Below are positions 49,246 to 64,000 of a stretch of 64,000 nucleotides of DNA, piece by piece (within the stretch, counting starts at the first letter, position 1; each line of letters starts with the position of its first letter). Where the stretch lies: assembly GCF_009914755.1 (NCBI RefSeq), contig NC_060937.1, one strand, 5' to 3'. The translations under genes and the position numbers were made by a program. This stretch comes from the human T2T-CHM13v2.0 reference genome, Homo sapiens. The notes beneath the pieces are model-generated. The model made no database searches. It was not told the origin of the DNA and saw nothing but the letters and a program-made list of their open reading frames with translations.

Positions 49246-49989
49246 CTAGTAAATTATATTAAATAATAAATCAGCATGATTTTTTATTGGAGTAAGAAAA
49301 GTCTTAAGACATGGACATGCAAGAAAAAATGTGAAAATGGATAACACAAGATTTGATGCATACATGTGTTAGAAGAAAGCAAAACACTGTATGTTGATAA
49401 AGTAACTAAATCAGCTGATTTTTAAACTTACAATTCACCTCCCAAAAATTTACACATTAAAATATATTTTTTATGGCTTAAAGACTCCACAAAGAGATGA
49501 AATTGTCATGTTATAAAAATCTCTCAGATGTAGAGATTATCAAATTGCAACCTCATGATTTAAAACTTGGAAAATACAAAAATGAATAAGGGAGAAAAAA
49601 GTTACCCAGAATCTTAGCACCTAAAACAACTATTGTTAAAATTCTGATATATTTCCTTCCTGTCTTCTTTCCACACATATTTTTCATATAACCGTGATCA
49701 CAATGTATTTAAAATTCAGAATTCCATTTTCTTTGCTTAGTATAACAAAGTTATCAAGAAGTCTTCAAAACCATAAATGTTTATGATATATTCAGGTACA
49801 TGGCCATGGCCATGCCAAGCTTTATTAAATTTAACCATTTCCCAATTATTTAGGCATTTACGTTATTCCAAATTTCAAATTATTCCCTTGGAAGAAGTCC
49901 CAGAAACAGGATATTTAAAAATCTCTTGGTACATATTGCCACCAAATTGTCTTCCAAACAGGTGCACAAATTTATTTTGCTAGAAAGTG

Positions 49990-50886
49990 TGTAAACCAAA
50001 AATAAAATTCTAAGCCCCCCAACCAACTCATAAACCCTCCCTTTGGCCAAGGACATTCCAAAGTTAACCTGAAAAACTAGTTCAGGCCATGATGGGAAGC
50101 AGGGTCTGATATGCCTCATTAACTCCTCCTCCCCTTTGGAATTCAGGCACAGTTGACCAGCATTAACATTAAAACAGACCTTAAGACTGACAAAGCAGAC
50201 TCCTTGTAGCAATAAGATACCAAAGTCCAGCCTGACTCTAGTATAACATCACATGACAGATAGCAGGCCTGAAAGGAATCAAAATATTTTACCCCAAATC
50301 ATGTTTCTTTGTCCATATCTTGAAATAGTCCTGCAAAGGTATCTCTTGTGGGGAAAATCTACATTCTGAAGAAAATTCCCTTCTTTTTCCAAGGCTTTTT
50401 CCTGATCCAGGAAAAAGTTAACTAAGAGTCTGGCACCTTTTTAAATCCGATAAGAGGAAATATTTACAATCTATTCTCTCTGAGGCCTGCTACTTGGAGA
50501 TTTCATCTGCATAATAAAAACCTTCATTTCCACAACCCCTTATCTTAACCCAGACACTCCCTTCCACTAATTCCAGGTCTTCAGATAGACTCTTTCAATC
50601 AATTGCCAATCAGAAAAGTTTTTAATCTACCTATGACCTGGAAGCTCCCTCCCATTCTTCCCAGCTTTGAGTTGTCCTGCTTTTCTGGACCAAACCCATG
50701 TACATCTAATTGATGTCTTGCATCTCCCTAAAATGTACAAAACCAGGTTGTAGACCGGCCACCTTGGGTACATGTTCTTAGGATCTCCTGAGGGCTATGT
50801 CACAGGCATGGACCTTTGGTCACTCGTATTTGGCTCAGAATAAATCTCTTCAAATATTTTATAGAGTTTGACTTTTTTCATTAAGA
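49990..50886 (+). mobile_element. MER4-family (MER4D-like) ERV1 solo LTR
   Basis: tgtaaaccaaaaataaaattctaagcccccc start; ggctcagaataaatctcttcaaatatttt end; 4-bp TSD agtg. Confidence 0.85.
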
Positions 50887-51180
50887 AGTGTAAACCTGCC
50901 TATTTCACGAAATTCTCTCTAGCTTTATGCATATTACAGTCACATCCATATTTGAGAAACTGGAATCACACTACAGAATATTAGCAACATCATTCTATTA
51001 CACCACAATTTATCTTGAGAATTTTAATCTCAAAGTACCATCTGATGTAATGCATTTACATAAAGCTACCTAAAATTATTTAGACAACCAAGATTTTAAT
51101 ATCTTCTTAATCCATGATATCTAAAAATACATATTTGGGCTATTTTGACTAGAAAGAAAAATTATTTTCAAAGTACTTAC

Positions 51181-51251
51181 TTATTCAGGACTCTTGCTAT
51201 ACCAAAGTCCCCAAGCTTTGCCACCATTCCGTTCTTGCTAAGAAAAATGTT
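51181..51251 (-). CDS. NEK5: NEK5 coding exon (NIFLSKNGMVAKLGDFGIARVLN), DFG
   Basis: tatag|AACATT...AATAA|gtaagt; 71 nt, phase 0-2; KLGDFGIAR. Confidence 0.97.
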
Positions 51252-51334
51252 CTATAAATGGAGAAAATGTCATGTTGTTTGAGGTACTTCAAGAAAAGAT
51301 CAGTTCTGTCTTAGTCTTCTCTCTGAGCTGTTAC

Positions 51335-51418
51335 CTGAGCTTTTATGTCCCTGTGTAATATCTTCCTGTCATGAATATGTTTTAGTCCTAGAGAAATCTG
51401 TACAAACCAACCGAGGAT
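51335..51418 (-). CDS. NEK5: NEK5 coding exon ([28 protein letters not shown]), catalytic loop
   Basis: tatag|ATCCTC...GCTCAG|gtaaca; 84 nt; HRDIK motif. Confidence 0.97.
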
Positions 51419-53108
51419 CTATAGAGAGAACACAAAACAAAGCCACTGAATAGCCTGGTAGTCACTGAAATGTCTTCATGGTAACATGCAAAAAGATAGA
51501 AATTATACACACACACACACACACATACACACATATAGTGTATGTGTATTTATAGGAATGAAGTTAATAGGTACACTTTATCATATTATTATTTTCATTC
51601 TACAACTAAAAAAATGGAGGCACAGAAAAGTAATCCAAATATCACTGGTAAAATCAAGGGAAATTCCACATGCAGAAAAAGATAAGTAGAAGCAAGGGAA
51701 AGAGGCATGCCGTTCATGTTTTTCTTTTTTTCCTACTTAACCCTGGGGTGCTAACTGCATCGTGAATAGTACACAAGCAGCCCTGTTTCCTGATAACCTG
51801 GAAGCCATTGGTTCTTCCTTTACAGTGGAAGGAGGGTGACAAGGGTGGGGAGAGAAAGAGGAAGAAATGGGGGATCTGTGAGGTTAGGAATTGTAATAAA
51901 ATATCAGTATATCTAATATAAAACCAACAAATACTTTACCTTTGAAGTTTAGTTTTATTTCTAAGTCATGATTTGATTTTATCTTTGTTGACCATGAGCC
52001 TCTTTATGAAAATGTGTTCTATGCCTACAGAGATTTATTTAAACTATTCTAAAATTTCACTGGTTCTTTGTCTGCCAAATTATACAGAAAGAGGAAAATA
52101 ATAGGAATAAAGCTATATTCCAGACATTAATATTCAGTTGTAATTTTAGTTCATTCCCAACAAAAAGAAATGTAACTCAAAATTTTGTCATGAGAAGCAT
52201 TTTTATAAAATGTGGCAAAATAATACCTAGATAAGAAAAAAGAGTTTCTATCAATATGGAATTTAATATATAATATAAATGAGCATACAAAGAATGCTTG
52301 ATTAATCTTACAGAAGTTAGAGATATTGATTTTTTAATCCTTCATATATTCAAAATATTCAACTTTAAGAGGAAATTATATGGGCATGATGCTCTTACAT
52401 GCTAAAATAGAACAAAGAAACAATGGCCAAAGGAAAGATGGTGGGCCTTTCCTGTGTGCTTCTTGAGGCAATGGCCTTACCATCAATCATAAAGGAGCTA
52501 ATTCAGATTCCTCTCCACACATACAAACCTGTCTCCTTCATGAGTACCACTCCCAAGAGAGTTCCAGGGAGGCTTGGAGTATAGAAGAGAAATACATTTG
52601 TGCAAAGAGAAAGTGGGAGAGGCCATTATTCTTCATCTTTTATCTCCCCCTCTTAATAACCAATGAAACTAAATAGGCATTGCCAAGACAAGCTTCTATC
52701 CTCCCTAGCAAAGTGGGATATCTAGTTTAAAACAGAGCACCAAATGGTAAAAGAGAAAACAGTGAAGCTATAAATATGTTACATGTTAAATGGCTAAGGA
52801 ACACTCACATTCAGATTTTTTTTTAACCATGAAGACTTATCTCAGAGGCATCCTACATGAGATTTTCCAAACAGATTATCTTTTCTCAAGAAAATCTCAC
52901 TCTCTAAAAAACAATTCAGTTTAAGTTCAATTGCAAACTTGTTCTGGACTGAATCTACCAAGAATATTGATCCACTATTTTATGGTTTCAATCTGTCTAC
53001 CAAAACACATGCTTTATATCAACATAGTCTACTACTTATGACATTATAAATTTAATTCTCCCCCCACCACACATACATAAAATTAAAAAGCAAATTAGAA
53101 GTTTTTAC

Positions 53109-53206
53109 CTGATCTTCACTAAATAACACACCCCGTTGTCTATTGATCCTTTTCATGAGATCCCCTCCATCACAATATTCCATTACAATAAACAGCCTGC
53201 CATTCT
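53109..53206 (-). CDS. NEK5: NEK5 coding exon ([33 protein letters not shown]), hinge
   Basis: ttacag|AGAATG...GATCAG|gtaaaa; 98 nt, phase 1-0; NEK-type MEYCDGGDL. Confidence 0.97.
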
Positions 53207-53850
53207 CTGTAAGAAAAGGAATCATTTGGTGCTGGAAGGATTTCAGATATTTATCAGCCATGTTCTGGCTGTGGAATCAAGATGGACTGGGTTCTAATTC
53301 CACTATACCATTTATATTTCTTAGCTCTGTGACTCTGGGCAAGTCACTTTAACTTCTCCGTGCCTCATTACCTCATCTGTAAAATGGAAATATTATAGAA
53401 ATTTCTTCTTTGGATTGTTGGAAAGATTAAATGAGTTAATCCATGTCAGATGCTTAGAATAATGCCTGTACATAATGAGAGTTTAAGAAATGTTGGCTAT
53501 TTTTATTAATACATTCCTTTGAGAGGTTAGAAATCTGCTGTAAAAATAGCAGCTGTGACTCTTTCATAACACCCCAGGAAGAATTAATAGCCCCTTCTTG
53601 AATTTGGGCATAAAGCCATATTTATATGGCACTTATTTATCTATGTTGTTGAATACAATAGAAACTCTTATAACTGACCTCTGCCTAAACCACTCACTAG
53701 ATTACAGGACACTCTCCATTGCTATTGCCCCATCAACGTTACCACTAAATACTACTAGGCTCTCTAGTATGTCCAAGTACCTCTGCTCTTACCAATTGAA
53801 CTGAATCTTACCAAGATCATTTTGTTTTTTCCCAAATATGTTTACGCCAT

Positions 53851-54429
53851 TTATTCTTGTCTTTGTAACATAAACTGATGAAATATGAATAGAAAATGAA
53901 AGGTGATTATTTTCCAAAAGCTATGCTGAATATTTTGGAGGACTCAGTAAAAGTGAGTAGTTTTTAAAAAAAATAGCTATTGACCTAAATGTTGATGGGA
54001 TGAATGAAATATAACTGGAAAACTTCTAAAAGGATTATGTACAGACTATCCACAAATCCTTGCTCCACATTAAAGAAAAGAGACTAGAAATTCTAAATAA
54101 GACACATAACTTACATAAGAAAGAAAATTCAGAACTATAGTCAGTGGACTCATAATCTACCAACTATAATTCTGAATTTTCTTGAACTGTAGTGAGTTAT
54201 TCTTGTCTTTATTACATAAACTGATGAAATATGAATAGAAAATGAAAGATGTGATTATTCCTCCAAAAGCTATGCTGAATATTTTGGAGGACTCAGTGAG
54301 TTTAAAAATAAATAAATAAATAACCATTGACCTAAATGTTGAATGAAATGAATGAAATATAACTAGAAAACTTCTAAAAGGATTGTGGACAGATTATCCA
54401 CAAACACTTGCTCCGTATTAAAGAAAAGA
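53851..54429. repeat. Diverged ~230-bp direct repeat (53851-54080 / 54197-54429)
   Basis: Both copies run ttattcttgtcttt...cataaactgatgaaatatgaatagaaaatgaaag...attaaagaaaaga. Confidence 0.9.
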
Positions 54430-54546
54430 AATTATCCTTTAACAAATGCTTGTCATTTCCTTAAATTTTTTTTCTTTTTTTTTTTCCTGGCCATTTCCAC
54501 TCAAAGGATGATTATGTCTTCTTATGTTAAAATATGTCTGTATAAT

Positions 54547-54897
54547 TGCTAGGATCCAAATGTCTTTGTCTTCCCCAAATGTATATGTTGAAATTTTAAC
54601 CCCCACAGTGATGGTATTAGGAGGTATAGGGCTTTTGGAAGGTGACTAGGTCATGAGGGTGGAGCCCACATTAATGGATTGCTGTCCAAGAGAGAACCCT
54701 CTCCCCTTCCACCATGTGAAGTCACAATGAGGCGGACCATCTATGAACCAGAAAGTGAACCCTCACCAGACACTGAATCTGCCTGCACCTTGATCTTGCA
54801 CTTCCCAGCCTCCAGAACTGCCAGAAATAAATTTCTGCTGTTTATAAGCCACCTAGTTTATGGTATTTTGTTATAGCTGCTGGAATAGACTAAAACA
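54547..54897 (+). mobile_element. MLT1A-like solo LTR
   Basis: gttgaaattttaacccc...ccttgatcttgcacttcccagcctccagaactg...tagactaaaaca. Confidence 0.85.
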
Positions 54898-55855
54898 GAT
54901 GATTTTCTGCTCTAACCAGCTTTCTTCATTAGCCAACCAACTAACAGCTGGGATCTTGTTAGAAAAGAAGGATTTCTACTCACTTGTTTGTCTACACTTC
55001 ATTCTTTTGTACCTAAACAGTAGTTAGCACATCAAAGGGGCTTAAATGTTTGTTGAGTGGATTCATTAAAAACAAACAAACAAAAAAACCCTGAAGGAAC
55101 ACAAAACATAAGCGCCAAAATCAGTCTTATAAGCAATTGTTGATAACATTTTCCCCTGTAGTACCCATTAAATGCCAAAATCTCTTGCCAAATATCTATC
55201 TTTTGCTATCCTACTCTTTAAAGTACCCTAACCAACTTTACTGTGGATATCAGTAACCTGGCAGTGTCTACCCTTGGTTGCTTCTAATTCACAAACCATG
55301 CATCTTCTTTCACATATTTCAATTTTTCCTCCTCTCTTCTTTAAGAGACGATCCATTCAGTTATTAACAAACTTCTATTGAGGACATGCAAAAGCAAGGA
55401 ATGCTGTGTAGGAATAAAAAGCAAAGAAGCCATCCATTCTACTGTTAAGGAGGCGAAGTCTAGTTGGGGAGTCCCTCAGCATTGGGTGAGAAGTGCTGTG
55501 AAGAAGTCTGTAGGCTGGAGGGTGAGGAGAAAGCGCATGCAAGTAAGACTGGAGATCTAGGAAGGGTTCTGAGAAGATGCTTCCCCATATGCCTTAATGT
55601 CTAGAGATCGGTTATTTTCAGGAATGTGTTACTTTTAGGAGAATTGATGTTTCTTGTCATTGAAGCTCAGTCAGTAAAAGGTCTGCCACAGCAATGAAGG
55701 GATGGCAATTTCAAAACCATGGAAGAATCAGAATAATGAAACAGAGGAGACACATTATTTCATCTCACTTCCTTTTCACCAACCTCCAACTCACTCAACC
55801 TTACACTGGCTTTTGGTGAAAGAAACTGACTAAAAATTCATCATGACAGAGATAC

Positions 55856-56141
55856 CTTTTTTTTTTTTTTTGAGACGGAATCTCGCTCTGTCACCTGGGC
55901 TGGAGTGCAGTGGCGCAATCTCGGCTCACTGCAAGCTCCGCCTCCTGGGTTCACGCCATTCTCCTGCCTCAGCCTCTCCGAGTAGCTGGGACTACAGGCG
56001 CCCGCCACCATGCCCGGCTAATTTTTTGTATTTTTAGTAGAGACAGGGTTTCACTGTGGTCTCGATCTCCTGACCTCGTGATCCACCCGCCTTGGCCTCC
56101 CAAAGTTCTGGGATTACAAGCGTGAGCCACCGCGCCCGGCC
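55856..56141 (-). mobile_element. AluY
   Basis: AluY diagnostics; TSD gacagagata(c/g)ctt. Confidence 0.95.
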
Positions 56142-56163
56142 GACAGAGATAGCTTAAACTACT

Positions 56164-56460
56164 GGCCAGGTGCAGTGGCTCATGCCTGTAATCCCAGCAC
56201 TTTGGGAGGCCGAGATGAGTGGATCACCTGAGGTCAGGAATTTGAGACCAGCCTGGCCAACATAGTGAAACCCTGTCCCTACTAAAAATACAAAAATTAG
56301 CCAGGCATGGTGGCGGGCGCCTGTAATCCCAGCTACTCAGGAGGCTGAGGCAGGAGAATTGCTTGAACCCGGGAGGTGGAGGTGCAGTGAGCCAAGATTG
56401 TGCCACTGCACTCCAGCCTGGGTGACAGAGTGAGACTCCGTCAAAAAAAAAAAAAAAAAG
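56164..56460 (+). mobile_element. AluS
   Basis: Alu consensus; TSD aaactact. Confidence 0.95.
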
Positions 56461-56719
56461 AAACTACTTAATGTCAATTAGCATTATCTGACTGTAAAAT
56501 AAGGATTTTCCCCCATTAGCCACTGTTAATTTTATATTTATTGGAAGTGTCTGGAAAAATCATTTATGCTCTCAAATTTTCCATCTGCTGTAAAGCTCAT
56601 GGATCACTGACACTTCAAAACAATTGAGGGGCACTAAATAACCTTTTTATTTGTCAAATTCCAACATTTATTAAACAATTATTATAATTCATTCTAAAAT
56701 GCACTTTTAAAAAATCAAG

Positions 56720-58097
<1,378 letters not shown>

Positions 58098-60151
58098 TGA
58101 TCAGAGATAAGCGATTTGAGGGAAAACAAGCCTTTACCTACACTCTCTAAAAGACAGAGGCTACAAGGCCTCTGAGGCTTTTAGATAAGCTCAGTAGTTC
58201 AAGTCCCAGCAATCAGCCAAGCAAACTCAAAGGCATCACAATAGCTCTAGCTTTCCTAAACACAGGGGTGCTCTACTTAAAAAGAGTCATAAGAAAATGT
58301 AAACTTACAGTATCAACAAACACAGCAGAGGTTATGTATACTGTAAAAATGACCTTAGTTCTGCAAAAGCTTCCAGTGGTAAACTGTCCTCAAAAATCAA
58401 TCTCACATGGTATAAGGAAATACTCCAGTCTCTAAAAGTGGTCCAGTCCATTTGCTCATTCAGTAAATAGGTATTGAGCAGCCATTGTGTGCTACATGCC
58501 AAGGATCAAGTGGTGAGCAAAACAGATGGAGCCCCAAAATTCATTAAGTTTACCATGTAAAGGGCGACAAATATGAAACAAATTCATAATTATATAAATA
58601 GACATATGTAAGTACAACTGCTGTGGAAGAGAACCAAAGGGAGCTGTAATTTGAATTGTGAGTTCAGAAAAGGCCTGAGGATAAGTAGGAGTTAGCCAGA
58701 GAGTCACAATAATCTCAAACAAAATAAAGAAGAGAAAGATCATCTTATAGCATTATCAGTATCCAATGGACAGGAATGCAGGGCACTTTATTCAGTGGCT
58801 TTCCTTGAAAGTTATTCCATGCAACCCAATTCCAGACCATGTGTACTGTTCTGCTCCCAGGAAGACCTCAGAAGAGTCCCAAGAGCTCTTTTTAAATACC
58901 CAGAAGCCAAAGAAGGGCCATACACACAGAAGTACCTTGAATGTAGCGGTTTTAATCAGTAAGGAACACAGTGCTCTGCACAGTTTACATACTCAAGACA
59001 CAGTGGCTGTATTTATTTATTGACTGACTTTTACCCAACTGATGATGCTTGAAGATATTGAGGTTAACACTTCTGCTCCATGAACTAATTATCAGTCTTA
59101 AAACAGCCCTGCGCTGGGGGCTGGGCTGGGGAATGACCCTTCATAAAACTGTCAGCACATACAGCCCTGTCACAACTTAAGACACACCTGACATACTGTA
59201 GATTTGTTTATTGTCTATCTCTTCCCACTAGAATATAAATTTCATGAAAACAGGGATTTTCATCTGCTTTGTTCACTGCTATATTCCTGACACCTAGAAC
59301 AATGCCTGGCATAGAGTAAGCACTCAATAAGTATCAGTTCAGTGAATGAATGCTGTCTGACCAATGCTCCTTCATTTATTATTTATTTTTTACCTTTGGA
59401 CTACAGTGATGCGTGGAGGCAGAATTGTATTCAGATGTATGGAGGAAGGGACTTCCTTCCCTAAAGTTGTCAGCAGAATTGTATTCAGGTGTACAGAGGA
59501 AGGTACTTCCTTCCCTAAAGTTCTCCCCCTCTCCGTGGCAGTGTGCTAGGCTATGGTGCGTGGCTGTTTGCTGGCTCTCTGTAAGAGGATTACACAGTCC
59601 CATCTGTTGCCTGAGGATATGCAGGATCTCATGTAAACAGAGTACCCCCCAGCACACACACACAAACACACACATCCTAGCAGGGCTTTGAGAGCGATAG
59701 TGTGGTGGGCTCTGTGTTTTCCCCTCTTCTCTTGCTTATGAGAACAGCTGGTTCCTTATCTGAGCTGCTCCTTCAGCCTGGGCCCCAGACTCAAGACCCC
59801 AGCCCACCACAGCTAGCATGTAATGTAAGTGAGAAATAGATGTGTCTTATTGTAAGTCACTTAAATTTGGGGGTTGTTACTACAGCAAAGAAGCTAATAA
59901 GCCAGTCATTAATTTTTTGGGAGAGTGAGAATTAAGGAGAGGCAGAAAAACAAGAAAACATAAGAAAGCCGTCTACAAAAACTTACTAGAGAGGAAATAA
60001 CGAGGACGTCTCAAGCTGCAATTTAAGTAAATGGGGAAATGACCCATTTACAAAAATTAATTTATACACAGTCCTTAGGAACAAATCTTTTTACATATGT
60101 CAACATGCCTATACTTTATAAAAATACTTAACGAATATTAGAAAATCAAAC

Positions 60152-60248
60152 CTTGAAATGAATTGAAGAAGGCTACAATGTTGGGATGTTTCATCTTTTC
60201 CAGAAGAATCACTTCTTTCTTTGAAGCTTCTTTTTCTTGTATGGGCAT
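60152..60248 (-). CDS. NEK5: NEK5 coding exon (MPIQEKEASKKEVILLEKMKHPNIVAFFNSFQ), kinase alphaC region
   Basis: tttag|ATGCCC...TTTCAAG|gtttga; 97 nt, phase 0-1; HPNIV kinase motif; matches human NEK5 as recalled. Confidence 0.95.
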
Positions 60249-61461
60249 CTAAATTACATTAAGAGACAGAGTAGTCTATAAAGCTAACTTGGTTTCAAGA
60301 ACATGCTTTCTGCTCATTTCCATCTAAAATTCTCTAGGATTTCACTGGCTTTTAATGTCACTTTGAAAACGATCTTTCAATGGCAGGAAACAACATTTCT
60401 AGAATTAGCAGAGTGCCCTACATCTCATCAATGGTTTGTTGACAACCATCATCAAGAAAATAAATATTTCTGGTGAAGTTTTGCTATATTAAAAGTTGGA
60501 CTGGTGGTACCGTGTTCATTATCTAGCCATATGGAGCCATATTTTAATATCTATCTTTCAGTAGCGAAGGAATTCTTTATAAAAATGCAACATTCCAGGA
60601 GCAATCACTGCTGAGAAGAAACAAATGAAATCTAAAAAAAGAAAATGTGTCATATCCCACAGAAATCAGGTCAGTAAAATTTTGTATTAAGATGACTACA
60701 TTTTTCATTTTCAAATAAAAATTGTCTTGCATGACTTCATTTTAGAAGTATTTGGGTGTATTTTCTTGTTCTACTTTCACCTATAGACAATACTTGCCAA
60801 GGGGTTTGGTGCCAGTACCAGTGGCCACACCTCATTTCTACTTTTTCTTCCTCACTCTTGATGCTTTGCTGACTTGTCATTTCTACCCTGACTTCCAGCC
60901 CCTGACTGCCCCGCTTTTCTGATGTCCACGGGGCCTCCACCCATTAGAGGTCTTCAACATTGGCCAGATTTCTCATTCTCATTTAGACTTAAGAACTTCT
61001 TAAAAATTAATATTCTCAATTCTAGCTTCCCTACATCTCAGCTGAAGGATCCTTCAGTAAGTTCCTTAAACCCCTCTAAGCTTCAGTGTTTCCTGCCCCA
61101 ATTTAAATTGTATAGTCAGTACATAGGAGTTTCAAAACAAAAACAGCTAAATTACTCCTACCAGCTGGATACATTTAGCAACTTAAAAAATTCCTAACTA
61201 CTATTTATTTAAAAGAATATTATAAACAAAATTAAAAGACAAACAAAAGGATAAGATACAATATTTGTACCATATATGACAAATATATTTATAATATAAA
61301 AATTGATGGCAAATAATTTTTAAAAAGGCAAACACCCCAACAGAAAAATAGCAAAGTACAAGAATAGTCAACTCGAAAAAAAAAGAGAAATAAAAATGGC
61401 TGATAGAAAAAATATTCAATCTCATGCAGTAATCAAAGGAATAAAAACTAAAGCAAAATTT

Positions 61462-62277
<816 letters not shown>

Positions 62278-62512
62278 GGAAATGTTCCTATTTTTGACTA
62301 ATTCTTCTAGAAATTTATCCAAAGAAGATAATAAAAGGGTACAGAAGAGTTCTCATACAAAAGACTTTGTTACAGTGTTTTATTGCTAGTTTTTAAGTTA
62401 CTCTAATAATGCACGCTTGTTTTAAGTCAAATAGAAGTGAATAAGGTAAAAGTGAAACTTCCCTCTTTCTTTCTCATCTAGCCCACAGACGAAAGCCCAT
62501 AGGTGGTAACCT

Positions 62513-62557
62513 TACTCTTAATGGCAAAAATGCAATTACTTTTGCGCCAACCTAATA
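62513..62557. mobile_element. Half MADE1 (Hsmar1 mariner MITE)
   Basis: taatggcaaaaatgcaattacttttgcgccaacctaata matches the MADE1/Hsmar1 TIR. Confidence 0.8.
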
Positions 62558-62769
62558 CTATATTCCCTAGGGATAACTGTTGTTAATAGTTAGAGCTTTT
62601 TATTTCATGCATATATAGGCAAGCATATATACATAGTTTTGTTTAATAAAAATGAATCATACTTTACATATTAAATGCTATTGAATCGTAGCCAAAAAAC
62701 CAACCAAACAATGTAATTATCTGAAAATAGAAAAAGAGTTAAATAAATTACAGGGGTGTTTTGCTAGCT

Positions 62770-63647
<878 letters not shown>

Positions 63648-64000
63648 TTATATACTTATACATTAAAAATAGTCTAGAGAGAAATTCAGCAAAGTGTTCA
63701 TAGTGATTAAGAAAGAGGTTATATGCTATTTTTATTTTCCTCTAAATGGTCTTATTTTCTCCTTTGGCTCTTTTCAAAATTTCTACAACGAACATTTTTA
63801 TTTTCACAATTGAGGAAAGATAAAACACTTTTATTTGAGCCCAGAAGGAAAAGAACATGCTTGATAATGGTAGGATGATAAGAGAAATATTAGCTTTTTG
63901 GTACCTGTAAGAAAACAAGCAATTTAGTTCTGGGGTCTAGTGTAGGGAGTAGGGAGGCATTAGAGAGAAGAAATATAAATTTCTCTAGATAAGAAGTAAT

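Overview
Human (hominid) genomic DNA covering most of the NEK5 (NIMA-related kinase 5) gene on the minus strand. I mapped 19 core coding exons by GT/AG boundaries and consistent phases, from 60152-60248 (kinase subdomain III) down to 2635-2769. The start exon lies beyond 64000 and the last exons of the long isoform lie before position 1. The introns are dense with transposons: about 40 Alu elements or monomers, two full-length SVAs, L1 fragments, a full-length MST (MaLR) provirus, several solo LTRs and DNA-transposon relics. Nearly all entries in the ORF track are repeat artefacts. I see no evidence of a wholly new biological system. The best leads are an in-frame exonised Alu, an SVA with a 3' transduction, alternative C-termini near an SVA, two homologous symmetric exons encoding a repeated motif, and inverted Alu pairs around exons. 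Repeat subfamily names are recognised by eye, and repeat edges are approximate unless a TSD is given.
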